64,000 nucleotides of DNA from Candidatus Spongiisociaceae bacterium (GCA_965219685.1 CBDCOH010000002.1:3648001-3712000); one strand, 5' to 3'. Counted from the stretch's first letter, positions 20,534-31,219 are shown. Numbers and translations are program-made. Notes: generated by a model not told the origin, from the letters alone.

Positions 20534-21685
20534 ATGAGAAGGGTTGCGACGCATTCTCACGGATCGAGGGTAGGGCGAAGATGGCGAGCGATGGTGATTG
20601 CCGTCGCCTTTGCCATGATCGTCGCGGCTTGCGGGGATGATTCCGCGGAACCTGAAGAGGCTCCTGCAACAACGGCCGCGGCTCCTGCGACAACGGCCGC
20701 GGCTCAGACTACAACAACTGCCGCGCCCACGACGACCGCGGCTCCGGCCACTACTGCCATGGAGGTGAAGGAGTGGCGTGACGGTATTCCTTGCCCGCCC
20801 GAAGGCACGCTCATCGCCTATAGCCCGCTGACACTCGAGTTCGTTTGGTTCGCGGACATCATCACCGCCATGGAGGAGGAAGCGGCCAAGTGCGGCGTCG
20901 ATGTCATCACCGATGACCCCGAAAACGATGCCCAGAATCAGGTAACGAACATCGAGAACATGCTCGAGCGGGGCGTTTCCGCACTGGCGGTAATAACCGT
21001 GGACGAAGTCACGATGGCCCCCGTGGCGGAGCGGGCCCGGGACGACGGCATCATCGTGGTGCGCCATGTCGGCTCGTTGGAGGGATACGACGCCAACGTC
21101 GGGGTTCCCGAGACGGTGTTCGGCGAACTCATCGGAGAGGTCGGCGGCGAGTGGTTGCTCGACGCCAAGCCCGATGCGGCCCCCTACCAGGTGGCGATCC
21201 TCAATGCCGACTCGCTCGGTCCCAATCTGCTCGACCGCAAGCAGGGCCTCAAGGACGGGTTCGATCGCGTCATGGCCGGGGCGGAGTACGAGATAGTGGC
21301 CGACGTCGAGGCGTGGGCGGAGGACACCGCGCTGGACGCTGTAGCTGCGATTCTGGCCGCCAACCCGGACCTCGACGTGATCCTCACGTCGAACGACGTG
21401 GGTGCACTGGGAGGCCTTGCCGCGATCGAGGCGGCAGGCCTCACGCCGAATGTGGACATCGCGATTGTCGGGTCGCTCTTGGAACGGGGGCTCCAGGCGG
21501 TGGCCGACGGAAGGATGCCGGGCGGGATCACCGTCCCGGGTTCCACACACGGGGTGGGCCTGATCGAGGCGTTGTTCCGGTTGCTGGCGGGTGAGGATGG
21601 TGGTTTCAACATGGACATCCCGCCGATCAAGCTGGGCAACGATCCGACCGAGGCCCAGCGGCGCCTGGACGCCGGCGAGTACTAG
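20534..21685 (+). CDS. Sugar ABC transporter substrate-binding lipoprotein (RbsB-like)
   Basis: Lipobox VAAC, Thr/Ala-rich linker, Q...IEN, ANPDLD..SNDVGALG. Start approximate. Confidence 0.88.
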   Translation: MRRVATHSHGSRVGRRWRAMVIAVAFAMIVAACGDDSAEPEEAPATTAAAPATTAAAQTTTTAAPTTTAAPATTAMEVKEWRDGIPCPPEGTLIAYSPLTLEFVWFADIITAMEEEAAKCGVDVITDDPENDAQNQVTNIENMLERGVSALAVITVDEVTMAPVAERARDDGIIVVRHVGSLEGYDANVGVPETVFGELIGEVGGEWLLDAKPDAAPYQVAILNADSLGPNLLDRKQGLKDGFDRVMAGAEYEIVADVEAWAEDTALDAVAAILAANPDLDVILTSNDVGALGGLAAIEAAGLTPNVDIAIVGSLLERGLQAVADGRMPGGITVPGSTHGVGLIEALFRLLAGEDGGFNMDIPPIKLGNDPTEAQRRLDAGEY

Positions 21686-21708
21686 CCGCGAAGCGGAATC
21701 GAGTGGTG

Positions 21709-21740
21709 GAGCCGAATGGGGACCGGTCCCGTTCGGCTCC
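21709..21740 (+). terminator. Intercistronic stem-loop after the binding-protein gene
   Basis: GAGCCGAATGGGGAC-CG-GTCCCGTTCGGCTC imperfect hairpin. Confidence 0.55.
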
Positions 21741-21770
21741 GGCCGCGCTTCGACCCCGTAACGTAGGAAC

Positions 21771-22811
21771 ATGAAGTCCGAAAGGGAGCCCCGAGGCACT
21801 GAGGTTCTCTCCGAACGGAAGCGGGTGGCCCTACGCAGGTTGGTGACCCAAGTTCCGAGGCCGGGAGGGAAGCGTCGCGGCGACTTCTGGAGCCGGTACG
21901 GCATGCCGGCCGCCTTCCTGCTCATTGTTGTGGCGTTCACCAGCCAGTCCGACGCCTTCCTCACACTCTCCAACAGCCAGAACATCGTCCGGCAGAGCGC
22001 GGTTATCGCCATCGCTGCAATCGGGGTCTCAGCCCTGTTCATAAGCGGTGGCATTGACATAAGCCAAGGGCCGATAATCGCCTTCAGCGGGCTGGCCACC
22101 ATCACCCTGATCAATCTGGGCGTCACCGATTACATAGCGATCCCGATCGCGGTGGCTATGGGAGCGGCCTTCGGGGCGATCAACGCCTTCTTCGCGGAGC
22201 GCGTGAAGATACCGGCCCTCATCGCAACCCTGGGAACCGCGCTCGTCATCCGTGGATCGGCGTTCCTGTGGACGGGCGGGCGGTCGATCGCTCTGGACCG
22301 GGAGGCGGGTGCCGTTCTCAAGTGGCTGGGTCGCGGGCTACTGCTGTTCATTCCTGCGCCGTTCCTGGTGACGTTGCTGGTCGCGGCTGCGGTGGCGACC
22401 GCCTTGAGGTTCACTGTATGGGGGCGCCATACCTATGCGATCGGCGGCAACCAGGAGGCCGCTCGCACGGTCGGCATCAACATAGAGCGACGCCGGACCA
22501 CGGTTTACATCCTCGCCGGGTCCCTCTCCGCTCTGGCGGGCGTCGTCCTGGCGGGCAGGCTTGCCTCGGCGGCCCCCAACGCCGCCACCGGAGCGGAGTT
22601 CGACATCATCACGGCCTCGGTGCTCGGCGGGGTGTCGATCTTCGGAGGTGAAGGAAGGGTGTGGCGAGTCCTGCTGGCCGCCATCCTGCTGGCGTCGCTG
22701 TCCAATGGCCTGGTCCAACTCAACGTGCCGGGGTTCTGGGTGCGGATCGTGACAGGCATCGTCTTTCTGGCCGCTCTCTCCCTCGACCGTCTGCAGAGCA
22801 ACCGCTCATGA
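21771..22811 (+). CDS. Sugar ABC transporter permease (RbsC-like)
   Basis: GGIDIS, IPALIATLG, GRHTYAIGGN.EAAR, VLGG.S..GG.G. Confidence 0.93.
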   Translation: MKSEREPRGTEVLSERKRVALRRLVTQVPRPGGKRRGDFWSRYGMPAAFLLIVVAFTSQSDAFLTLSNSQNIVRQSAVIAIAAIGVSALFISGGIDISQGPIIAFSGLATITLINLGVTDYIAIPIAVAMGAAFGAINAFFAERVKIPALIATLGTALVIRGSAFLWTGGRSIALDREAGAVLKWLGRGLLLFIPAPFLVTLLVAAAVATALRFTVWGRHTYAIGGNQEAARTVGINIERRRTTVYILAGSLSALAGVVLAGRLASAAPNAATGAEFDIITASVLGGVSIFGGEGRVWRVLLAAILLASLSNGLVQLNVPGFWVRIVTGIVFLAALSLDRLQSNRS

Positions 22812-23626
22812 AGCCGAGCCCGGACCAGCCATCGGCCGTGAGCCCCGAGAGCCTTGCGTTCCAAGCCGCGTCCGATACGGCCGAGGTCGAACTGGAGATC
22901 CGGGGGTTGTCCAAGAGCTTCGGGCGGGTCGAAGCGCTGCGGGATGTCACGTTGTCGGCCCGTTCAGGTGAGGTGGTGGGCCTCCTCGGCGACAACGGCG
23001 CCGGTAAGTCGACCCTCGTGAAGTGCCTGGCGGGAACCATCCGACCGGACCGCGGCGAGGTTCTCCTCGACGGCGAGCTGGTCGACATCCAGGATCCGGG
23101 CCATGCTCAGGCACTCGGCATCGAGACGGTCCACCAGGACCTTGCGCTGGTGGAGACACTGGACGTCACCGCCAATCTCTTTCTCAACCGGGAGCTCCGG
23201 AGGCGCGGTCCGATCCTCCGCCGTCTGGGTTGGATGAACGGCCGCGAGATGCGACGGCAAGCCGACGGGCTGCTCGGCACGCTGCGCATCGAGATACCGT
23301 CGATGGATCAACGGGTCGATCTACTCTCCGGCGGGCAGCGCCAGGCGATCGCGGTGGGGAGAGCGGCCGGTTGGGGCCAGAGGGTAGTGTTGCTGGATGA
23401 GCCGGCCGCCGCCCTCGGCGTCGAGCAGACCCAGTTGGTGCTCGACCTGGTGCTCCAACTCCAGCAGCGCAATTTGCTAGTGGTCCTGATCACCCACAAC
23501 ATGGACCACGTAATGGAAGTGTGCACGCGAGCGGTCATCCTGCGTCATGGCCGCGTGGTGGCGGACGTGGGTATCTCCGATGTGACACGAACCGACCTCG
23601 TTCACTTCATTACAGGAGCAGTATGA
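22808..23626 (+). CDS. Sugar ABC transporter ATP-binding protein (single domain)
   Basis: GDNGAGKST, LSGGQRQ, LLDEP, H-loop; ATGA overlap. Confidence 0.95.
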   Translation: MKPSPDQPSAVSPESLAFQAASDTAEVELEIRGLSKSFGRVEALRDVTLSARSGEVVGLLGDNGAGKSTLVKCLAGTIRPDRGEVLLDGELVDIQDPGHAQALGIETVHQDLALVETLDVTANLFLNRELRRRGPILRRLGWMNGREMRRQADGLLGTLRIEIPSMDQRVDLLSGGQRQAIAVGRAAGWGQRVVLLDEPAAALGVEQTQLVLDLVLQLQQRNLLVVLITHNMDHVMEVCTRAVILRHGRVVADVGISDVTRTDLVHFITGAV

Positions 23627-24447
23627 GCAGCCGGACAGCCGAGAAGAGATCGGTCGTCGTAACCGGCGCGGGTCAGGGGATCGGCGCCGCGATCCGTGAC
23701 CGGCTGGCGGCGACCGGGTGGTTCGTGGTGGGGATCGACAACGACCCGGGAGCTTGCGGACTTGCCTCCGAGGCGCTCGGTGCTGCCGGCTCCATGGTCC
23801 ATGGCGACGTGACCGACCGTTCCGTCATCGCCCGGGCCGCACACGTCGCCACCCGGGAACATGCTCTCGGTGGATGGGTGAACAACGCAGCCGTGGCGAT
23901 TCCCGGCACCGCACACGCACCCGACCCGGCCGGGGTGCGCCGCGTGTTCGAGGTCAACCTGGAAGCCGTATTCTGGGGTTGCTCCGAAGCGGTTACCACC
24001 TTCCTGGCCCAGGGCCGGGGAGGTTCGATCGTCAACATCTCGTCGATCCAGGCCCAGACGGCCTTCCCCGGCTGGGCGGCCTACGTCGCGGCGAAGGGCG
24101 GTGTCGAGGGCTTGACCCGCTACATCGCCGTCGAGTACGGACCTGTCGACATACGGTGCAACGCCGTGGCGCCGGGAACCATCCGCACTCCGATGGCGCA
24201 GGACGTAATCGACACGGCACCCGTTCCGGCGGAGATGGAGCGGGCAATGGCGGTCATGCATCCCCTGCTACGGGTGGGCGAGCCTCCTGAAGTCGCACGG
24301 GTAGTGGGTTTCCTGCTGTCGGATGATGCATCGTTCGTCACGGGTCAGATCGTCAACGTCGATGGGGGGGCCACTGCTCGCTGCTACCCGATGCCCTTGG
24401 ACCCCGACGTGGCCGAAGCGCGGAGTCGGCGTGGCGGGTCGGGATGA
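23623..24447 (+). CDS. SDR family oxidoreductase
   Basis: TGAGQGIG, NNAA, YVAAK, VDGG. Confidence 0.93.
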   Translation: MSSRTAEKRSVVVTGAGQGIGAAIRDRLAATGWFVVGIDNDPGACGLASEALGAAGSMVHGDVTDRSVIARAAHVATREHALGGWVNNAAVAIPGTAHAPDPAGVRRVFEVNLEAVFWGCSEAVTTFLAQGRGGSIVNISSIQAQTAFPGWAAYVAAKGGVEGLTRYIAVEYGPVDIRCNAVAPGTIRTPMAQDVIDTAPVPAEMERAMAVMHPLLRVGEPPEVARVVGFLLSDDASFVTGQIVNVDGGATARCYPMPLDPDVAEARSRRGGSG

Positions 24448-24490
24448 ATACGGATCCGACACCCCTTACCGGGGCTCGAAAGGAGCATCC

Positions 24491-24826
24491 ATGAAGTTTC
24501 TGACCAGCGGCTCGGCAGGTCCGTTCCTCGCCCTCGCCGGAATGGTCGGCAGGGACGAACAAGGCGGTCCGGTCGCCGGACTCCTCCCACAGACCGTCAG
24601 GGCGCTCGAGCGCATCGAGTCGGTTCTGGCCGAGCACGATCTCGATCGGTCCCACGTGATCCGGCTGCGTATCTACCTGGTTGACGTATCGGATTGGCCT
24701 TCGGTCCTGGAAGTGCTCACGGAGTGGTTCGGACCCACACTGCCTGCTGCCACGGTTGTCGGGAATGTGACCCTGGTGGAGCCGTGGATGCTCATCGAGA
24801 TAGATACGGACGCCGTCCGGAACTGA
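24491..24826 (+). CDS. Rid (YjgF/UK114) family protein
   Basis: LAGMVG, QT...LERI, PAATVV, LIEID; RBS AAGGAG. Confidence 0.8.
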   Translation: MKFLTSGSAGPFLALAGMVGRDEQGGPVAGLLPQTVRALERIESVLAEHDLDRSHVIRLRIYLVDVSDWPSVLEVLTEWFGPTLPAATVVGNVTLVEPWMLIEIDTDAVRN

Positions 24827-26199
24827 TGTCGCGCCGGGCAAGGATCGGCCTTGTCACACCGAGCTTCAAGCTCTTCGACGAACAGATGCCCGCCTCGTTT
24901 CGTGCCGGACTCGTGGACCGGGCCGAGCGGTTCCGCGCAGAACTCGAGAGCGAGTTCGATGTAGCGTACTGGGGGCTGGTGTCCGACTCCCGCGACGCCA
25001 GGGAGGCTAACGAACACCTCAAAGCCGGCCGGGTAGGAGTCATAGTGGTTGCTCCGACGATGGCGTCTCCGCCGGGCTACACCGAGGAGGCGACCAGCGG
25101 GCTCGACGTGCCGACCGTCATCTGGAACACGGCTTCGACGAGGCGGCTGCCGGCGGGCCTCGATCAGGCGGCGGCGCACGAGGACACGGCTTTTCTCGGG
25201 GCGCTGATGTTCGCCAACACGATGGTCCGCCGCGGAACGACGCCGATCGCGGTCAGCGCCAACCCTGACGACGCCGAACAGGTGCGGCGCGTCATGGAGA
25301 CGGTCAGGGCAGCTGCGGCGGCCGTGGCCCTGCGCAGGGCCAAAGTGATCCGGATAGGGGATCCGATACCCGGCTATACCAATGTGCTGGCAGCCCGGCA
25401 CGAACTCGCCACGCTCGGTGTCACCGAGCACCGCGTCGGCATCGACGAACTCGCCGACGAGTTCGCAGCAGCGGGAGACCGTGGGGCAGGTGAGATCAGC
25501 GACCGAATCGCTGAGCTCGGATGGACCGGCGACGCGGACAGGCGCAGCCGCAGGCTGGCCGCGGCGATCCGACGGCTCGTCGACTCGCTCGACGCGGACT
25601 GCGGTACGGTGAACTGCCACGGACCGTGGTTGAGGTCGTCCCCGGACATCGGGATCGTCGGATGTCTCGGTGTGTCGCTGTGCGCTGCATCGGGCGTGCC
25701 GATGTCGTGCACGGGTGACCTTCCGACCGCGCTCGCGATGAAGCTCGCTCGTGACATCGCCGGAGCGAGCCTCTACTGCGAGATATTCGCATTCGAGAGC
25801 GAGACCCGTCTGGCACTCCTCGCCAACAGCGGCGAGGGCGACCCGGCGACCGGCGACCGCACCCCGCATCTGGAGCCCACTCAGTACTATCCGGGTCTGC
25901 ACGGAAGGGGCACGGCCCTGAGCTTCCCCATTGCAGCGGGTCCAGCGACCCTGGTCTCTCTCACACCCACCGACCGGACCTGGCGTCTCGCCTGCGCGAC
26001 GGGCGAGATCGTCGAGAGCCGGTATCCGGGGCTCGGAGCCCCGAACGGGATGTTCCGTTTCGACGGCGGTGGCCGGGCGGCGATCGACCGATGGCTGACG
26101 GCCGGGCCCGTCCATCACCATGCTCTGGCACCGGGGCGGATTGCCGAGCCACTCGCCGTCGCCGCCCAGGTGCTCGGAGCGGAATACGTGGCGGTCTAG
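24826..26199 (+). CDS. L-fucose/L-arabinose isomerase family protein
   Basis: G.R..IG...PGY, TVNCH, SCTGDL, YCE, NSGEGD, HHHAL. Confidence 0.7.
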   Translation: MSRRARIGLVTPSFKLFDEQMPASFRAGLVDRAERFRAELESEFDVAYWGLVSDSRDAREANEHLKAGRVGVIVVAPTMASPPGYTEEATSGLDVPTVIWNTASTRRLPAGLDQAAAHEDTAFLGALMFANTMVRRGTTPIAVSANPDDAEQVRRVMETVRAAAAAVALRRAKVIRIGDPIPGYTNVLAARHELATLGVTEHRVGIDELADEFAAAGDRGAGEISDRIAELGWTGDADRRSRRLAAAIRRLVDSLDADCGTVNCHGPWLRSSPDIGIVGCLGVSLCAASGVPMSCTGDLPTALAMKLARDIAGASLYCEIFAFESETRLALLANSGEGDPATGDRTPHLEPTQYYPGLHGRGTALSFPIAAGPATLVSLTPTDRTWRLACATGEIVESRYPGLGAPNGMFRFDGGGRAAIDRWLTAGPVHHHALAPGRIAEPLAVAAQVLGAEYVAV

Positions 26200-26205
26200 A
26201 AACGC

Positions 26206-27231
26206 ATGGACCCTGACAGGCTTCGCCTGCTCGAGTCTCCGGAGATCGTCGTCGGTGTCGACCTCGAGCGTGGCTGCGACATCCACCGCATCTCCCGACC
26301 TTCGGGTCGTAACCTGCTGGCGTCCTACGACTGGTCCAGCCCCGCGCCGGCCGCGGCCTCGTACACGTACGGCTCCAGCCGGCTCGATTGGTTGTCGCAC
26401 TATCGCGGAGGCTGGCAGGAGCTCTTCCCCAATTCGGGACACGACAGCCGGCGAGGTCCGGTTCCCCTGCCTTTCCACGGCGAGGTATCAACCCTGCGTT
26501 GGGAGGTGATGACCGCCGGGGTCACGACCCTCCATGCTCGGACCGGCTCGCGCCTCCCGCTGGTGCTCGACAGATGGATGGAACTGGATGGGGACCGGCC
26601 GACTTTGCGGTTGCGCGAACGCGTGGTCAACGTCGGGAACGAGCCGGCCGACTTCGTCTGGGGGCATCACCCGGCGTTCGCCGCCGTGTCGCCAACGCTG
26701 GTCGACATCCCCACGGCGGCCGCCGTCGTCGACCGCGGAGACATGGGTCCGGCCGCCGATCTCTCGCCCGGAGGTGAGGGGCGCTGGCCGTTGCTCCCCG
26801 TAGCTGACGGGGCGCTCGTGGACGTGAGCCGCATGCCGGGACATCCCACCAGCCGACTCGTCTACCTGCCTTCGATCGGCGAAGGATGGGCTGCGGTTCG
26901 GTGGCCCGACGAGGAGACAGGAATCGCCCTGTCGTGGGATGTCAAGACGTTTCCGCACGTCTGGTTGTGGCAGGAGCGCGGAAGCACCGGTTATCCGTTC
27001 TACGGTCGGGCCGCCCTCGTGGCGGTCGAACCCCAGTCGGCCTGGCCGGCGGACGGGCTGGACGGAGCAGTCGAACGAGGCCAGGCCCACCGGCTGGAAC
27101 CGGGTCAGACCATGACGACCGCCCTCGCCGCGTCCCTTTTCCACGCCGACCGGAGACGCGTTACCGGAGTCGCACCCGACGGCTCGGTGTCGGTCGAACA
27201 GATCGCAGGCCCTCACGCTCCGTCCGCTTAG
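26206..27231 (+). CDS. Aldose 1-epimerase/galactose mutarotase-like protein (DUF4432-like)
   Basis: GGWQELFPN, FHGE, WGHHPAF, WLWQE, AVEP. Confidence 0.8.
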   Translation: MDPDRLRLLESPEIVVGVDLERGCDIHRISRPSGRNLLASYDWSSPAPAAASYTYGSSRLDWLSHYRGGWQELFPNSGHDSRRGPVPLPFHGEVSTLRWEVMTAGVTTLHARTGSRLPLVLDRWMELDGDRPTLRLRERVVNVGNEPADFVWGHHPAFAAVSPTLVDIPTAAAVVDRGDMGPAADLSPGGEGRWPLLPVADGALVDVSRMPGHPTSRLVYLPSIGEGWAAVRWPDEETGIALSWDVKTFPHVWLWQERGSTGYPFYGRAALVAVEPQSAWPADGLDGAVERGQAHRLEPGQTMTTALAASLFHADRRRVTGVAPDGSVSVEQIAGPHAPSA

Positions 27232-27351
27232 CCTTGGTCCACCGGGCTAGCGTCCCGAGTCTTGGTTTGCTGTGTTACCGGACCGCGGTGGTCCCGCGAT
27301 CGGCATGGCCGACCGCTTCCGGCGCCCGCGCGGAACGGGCCTTTCGTACGA

Positions 27352-27417
27352 GGGGGTTGTCCGTTGACCGTTGCTGCCGCAACCGGCACGACGGGGAACG
27401 GAGGACGGAGGACGGAA
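27352..27417. repeat. Back-to-back degenerate heptamer runs
   Basis: GGGGGTT GTCCGTT GACCGTT, then inverted GACGGGG AACGGAG GACGGAG GACGGAA. Confidence 0.6.
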
Positions 27418-27770
27418 AGGGTTGTCCGTGTCACACCCCCGTTGCATACTGGTAGGTAGCTGCAAACACCACCGGTCCGTGTGCGGTACCAATCGGACCG
27501 GGGCAGGGATCCTGTGGGAACCGACCCTTGCGGGGGACGGCGGGACGCGTTCGTGACTGCGGAGGTGGCGGTTGGGGGTGGGCCCGAGGGAGGGATCCGG
27601 CCGGCCGAGGGCGTTTTTCGCGTTCTCGGGTCCCCGGGGCTAGCTGGTTCCGTGGTCGGTACGTTCGGGGTATTGATGGCGAATCGAGGAGTCAGGACAC
27701 TCGGAGCGTGGCGCGAAACCCCTTCCCCGACACCTCGACGAGAAGGGGGTTGCAGCCGGTGCCGTCGTCG

Positions 27771-29591
27771 CTACGGCGTACGCACGGGGAGGTAGTGGAA
27801 GCCGCGGCCCCTCCGGTTGGGGCGGCTCCCGACCAGGTGCCCGGCATCAGCCAGTGCCGCGAGCACCTGGGCTGCGTGCGACGCGGTGACACCTGCCAGG
27901 TCGGCGGCCTCACTCGACGAGATGCGTCCCCTCACCCGGGCGTATTCCAACATCACCGACTCTCGTCCGGTGCGTGTAGCGAGCCGCTTGAGCTTGCGGG
28001 AAAAGTGGCTACGGAGACCGTTCGACAGCCGGAGCGCAAGTGGGTGACCATCGGGGCTGCCGTGGACTCTTTCCATCATCGGCCTTTCGTTGATTCGAAC
28101 CTCATCGACAAAGCGCTGGAGCATCGGCAGCGTCTCCCGGACAGGTTTCTGGAGAACCGGAGCCGCCGAGTCGGCATCGGCCCAGCCGCGATCGAGCAGG
28201 CGGTATACGAGAAGCAGCAGGTCCAGAATGCCTAGCGAGTGAGGCTCAAGCATGCCGATGAAGCGAAGCCACTCCTGGTCTGGCTCGCCGCCGATCAGTG
28301 TCACCCGTACGTACGGGCCGTCAACCTCTGAGAACACCGGCGGCGGGTGACCCAGAGAGATCATGTCCGCCGTCATGCGATCCACGCCGATCCCCTCTCG
28401 CTCGCCCAACCGCATCGCCGCCATGGCCTCAGCGAGACTTCGATACCGGGGTGCCGCCGGGTGCGTGATGATGTTCGAGGGGGCGACCCCGCCGACGAAG
28501 CCCCCCGGCGACATAACAGTCAGAACGGATCCGACGTGCTCGACGGTGGTCGGTTGCGGGGAGTTCCAGTCGCGGTGGACGACGCCGTTGACCAGCGCCT
28601 CCCTCATGGCTCTGGGCGGGATGGAATCGATCTGATGCACCGCGAAGCCGTCCGGCACATGAACCACAGCGTTCGCCACGTCCATGGCCTGCTCCACCGC
28701 GGCGAACTGCTCCAGCAGCGGGCGGCGCCCCACCTCCTCCCGGCTGTAGGACGGCCCGAACCCTTCGCTGAAGCCACTCGACCAGGGCCGACCGGCACGG
28801 GGCACCCGATGCGTGCTGTCGCCACCGGGGACCTCCCGCCGGACGTAGTCGACTCCGATCTCGGGAGTTCCTACGAAGAGCAGTGATCCTGCGTTGGTCA
28901 GTCGACCGTCTGCGTCGACGAGGTTGAGGCGGCGGATCATGTCCTCACTGGTCGCCATCGCCAGATGGCTGCCGTCACCGCTCCCGGCGCCGTTCTCGCG
29001 CATGTACCGCCGAGCGATCTCGACAGCGGTCTGATCGACGTCGGCCAGAGAATGAGACGACGGCTGTGCCGACCAGTCGAAGCCGCTGCGATGCAGCCTT
29101 CTGTCATTCCACGATGTGAAGTCGAGGTCCACGCAGTTGTCGTCCAAACGCCAGCGATAGCGACCCCTGCAAGGGATCGGCTCCCAAGCCTCGGGCGTGG
29201 ACAGCACCAGCAAGCGGCAGCTATCCAGCACGAACGGTCGGGCAGATACGGTCAGCTTGCGCTCCGTCAGTTGAAATATGCGATGGCGGAGCCACTCCGG
29301 GTCAAGCCCCGTGCCGATCCTTGCACCGTCGTCGGACACGCCCAGGACGATCGCGCCGCCCCCAGGGGTATTGGCCATGCATGCCATTTCGCCTGCGAGG
29401 TATCCGGCAGCCTCCTCGTTCTCGCGGTTTGCCGGCAGGGGCTTGCCTCGCCGATCGCGACGGCCGGGCTCCTCCTTGACATCCACATGGGTCGTTTCGA
29501 CCTCCGCGGGAGCCCGGCCTTGCTGCAAGAGATCAAGCACCAGTTGAATCTGGTCATCAAGTACGGTCGGCGCCCCGAATCCGGTAGACAT
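27771..29591 (-). CDS. AlbA_2/Schlafen domain + RecG-C-like ATP-binding domain + wHTH protein
   Basis: ETTHVDVKEE, ACMANTPGGGAIVLGV.D, REALVNGVVHRDW, SPGGF, EREGIGVDRM, C-terminal HTH. Confidence 0.85.
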   Translation of the reverse strand: MSTGFGAPTVLDDQIQLVLDLLQQGRAPAEVETTHVDVKEEPGRRDRRGKPLPANRENEEAAGYLAGEMACMANTPGGGAIVLGVSDDGARIGTGLDPEWLRHRIFQLTERKLTVSARPFVLDSCRLLVLSTPEAWEPIPCRGRYRWRLDDNCVDLDFTSWNDRRLHRSGFDWSAQPSSHSLADVDQTAVEIARRYMRENGAGSGDGSHLAMATSEDMIRRLNLVDADGRLTNAGSLLFVGTPEIGVDYVRREVPGGDSTHRVPRAGRPWSSGFSEGFGPSYSREEVGRRPLLEQFAAVEQAMDVANAVVHVPDGFAVHQIDSIPPRAMREALVNGVVHRDWNSPQPTTVEHVGSVLTVMSPGGFVGGVAPSNIITHPAAPRYRSLAEAMAAMRLGEREGIGVDRMTADMISLGHPPPVFSEVDGPYVRVTLIGGEPDQEWLRFIGMLEPHSLGILDLLLLVYRLLDRGWADADSAAPVLQKPVRETLPMLQRFVDEVRINERPMMERVHGSPDGHPLALRLSNGLRSHFSRKLKRLATRTGRESVMLEYARVRGRISSSEAADLAGVTASHAAQVLAALADAGHLVGSRPNRRGRGFHYLPVRTP

Positions 29592-29816
29592 CGTGCCCTC
29601 GCTCCGGTCCTGACAAATGTAGCCAGAAGGTCCCGCCAGAAATGATACCATGTTTTATGACTAAAAAGATAGATTGAGTAGCACGCTGTGGCCATTACTG
29701 AATTATTGACAGCCAATATGTGGCCGGATCGGCAACGCACCCATTGCGGGTTAGTTCGGCGTGGCTACCGGAATAGGATTATGGACAGATGAGCGGACTC
29801 ATGGCGGCGCGGGAGG

Positions 29817-30653
29817 TCACCTGGCGGGGCGGTGCACCTCGAGACCCGGCGAGACGTCGAGTACCTCGCTGATGAACCATGCGCCGATGTTGGCCACCGC
29901 GAGCCTCTCCAGGCGCGGGCCGAAGTAGCAGACGTTGGTCGGGGCGGCGAGGAACCGCCCCTGGGGATCATCGGCGAGGATGCTGAGACCGTCCTCCGAG
30001 AGCCGGTAGACCCGGTCCGGCCGGTAGCACGAGATGATCAGCGACCCGTCTGCTGCAAAGGCCAGCCCGTCCGGGGCGGTCCCCGGCATCCGCACCACGT
30101 CCTCGGGAGGCCCCAGCGCGCCGTCCTCGGTGATCGGGAGCCGGCAGACGCCGGGATCGGCGGTTTCCACCACGTAGAGGAACTCACCGGACTCGTCGAC
30201 GGCAAGGCCGTTCGGGAACGCACTGGGCGCTTCCGAGGCGACGAAGGTCGTGTTGTCGCCGCGTATGCCGAACACAAGACCGTCTCCGGCATCCCAGGAC
30301 GAACCCGAGTCCGACACGTAGAGGATCCCGTCGGGGTGGAAAGCCGGGAAGTTGGGGACGAGGATCGGGCGCTCGGGCGTGCCCGTGCTCACCACGGTAA
30401 CCGTTCCGTCGTCGGGATCGCAGGCGAGCACGGCCTGTCGAGCCATGTCACAGACATACATGACGCCCCGAGCGTCGAGGGCGATCCCGAGGGCGAATCC
30501 GCCGGTATCGGCCAAGACCTGCCGCTCCCACGTCTGCGGGTCGAAGGCCAGCACCTGCCCGCCCTCCGTTCCGCAGATCAACCTCTCGTGTACCGGGTCC
30601 CACGCCACGCCCTCGGGGTGGTCGATCCCGTTGGCGATGATCTCGACGTTCAT
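29817..30653 (-). CDS. SMP-30/gluconolactonase family protein
   Basis: HPEGVAWD, PN, FPNGLA, PDGLAF, PTNV.F.G. Confidence 0.9.
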   Translation of the reverse strand: MNVEIIANGIDHPEGVAWDPVHERLICGTEGGQVLAFDPQTWERQVLADTGGFALGIALDARGVMYVCDMARQAVLACDPDDGTVTVVSTGTPERPILVPNFPAFHPDGILYVSDSGSSWDAGDGLVFGIRGDNTTFVASEAPSAFPNGLAVDESGEFLYVVETADPGVCRLPITEDGALGPPEDVVRMPGTAPDGLAFAADGSLIISCYRPDRVYRLSEDGLSILADDPQGRFLAAPTNVCYFGPRLERLAVANIGAWFISEVLDVSPGLEVHRPAR

Positions 30654-30660
30654 CGGCTCG

Positions 30661-31140
30661 CTAGCCGGAAGCCGGGATCCGCTCGCCGTCGAGCGAACGT
30701 TCCGTCTGCACGAGTTCGATACGGAAGCCGTCGGGGTCCAGCAGGAGAACAGCTCGACCGCCCGCGTTGGGACCCACGGTCGGGGTGACCGGGCTGGACA
30801 CGAAGTCCGCCCCCTGCTCCCGCAGCGAGGCGTACAGCGAGTCGAGATTCTCGACGTTCAGGCCGAGGTGTGCGGCGCCGGGGTTGGCCGACGCCGGCTC
30901 TATCGCACGGCCGTCGGTCTGGTCGTACTGCACCAGCTCGAGGAGGAGGGGATCGTCGGGGAGTTTCATGATCGCCGTGTGGATCACGGCCCCGGGGTTG
31001 CCCGTCAGGTCACCGATGTACGGCTCGCTCCTGGTCCAAGTGGTCACCTGCTCGAACCCGAGGAGGTTCCGGTAGAAGTCGCGTGACCGATCGAGGTCGC
31101 TCACGGAGAACCCGACGTGGCTTACGGGGCGCTTCGACAA
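30661..31140 (-). CDS. VOC/glyoxalase family protein
   Basis: HVGFSVSDLDRSRDFY, LELVQY, HLGLNV, DPDGFRIEL; TTG start inferred. Confidence 0.85.
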   Translation of the reverse strand: MSKRPVSHVGFSVSDLDRSRDFYRNLLGFEQVTTWTRSEPYIGDLTGNPGAVIHTAIMKLPDDPLLLELVQYDQTDGRAIEPASANPGAAHLGLNVENLDSLYASLREQGADFVSSPVTPTVGPNAGGRAVLLLDPDGFRIELVQTERSLDGERIPASG

Positions 31141-31219
31141 GGTCTTATGGTCCCTGGTATCGTGCCCGGTATCGTAGCTGGCCGTGTTTCGCGTGTCGAC
31201 CCTGCGAGGAATGGGCCGA

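Noticed and set aside
28730-28795. Possible in-frame insertion in the AlbA-ATPase protein
   Set aside because: Cannot be established without a homolog alignment.
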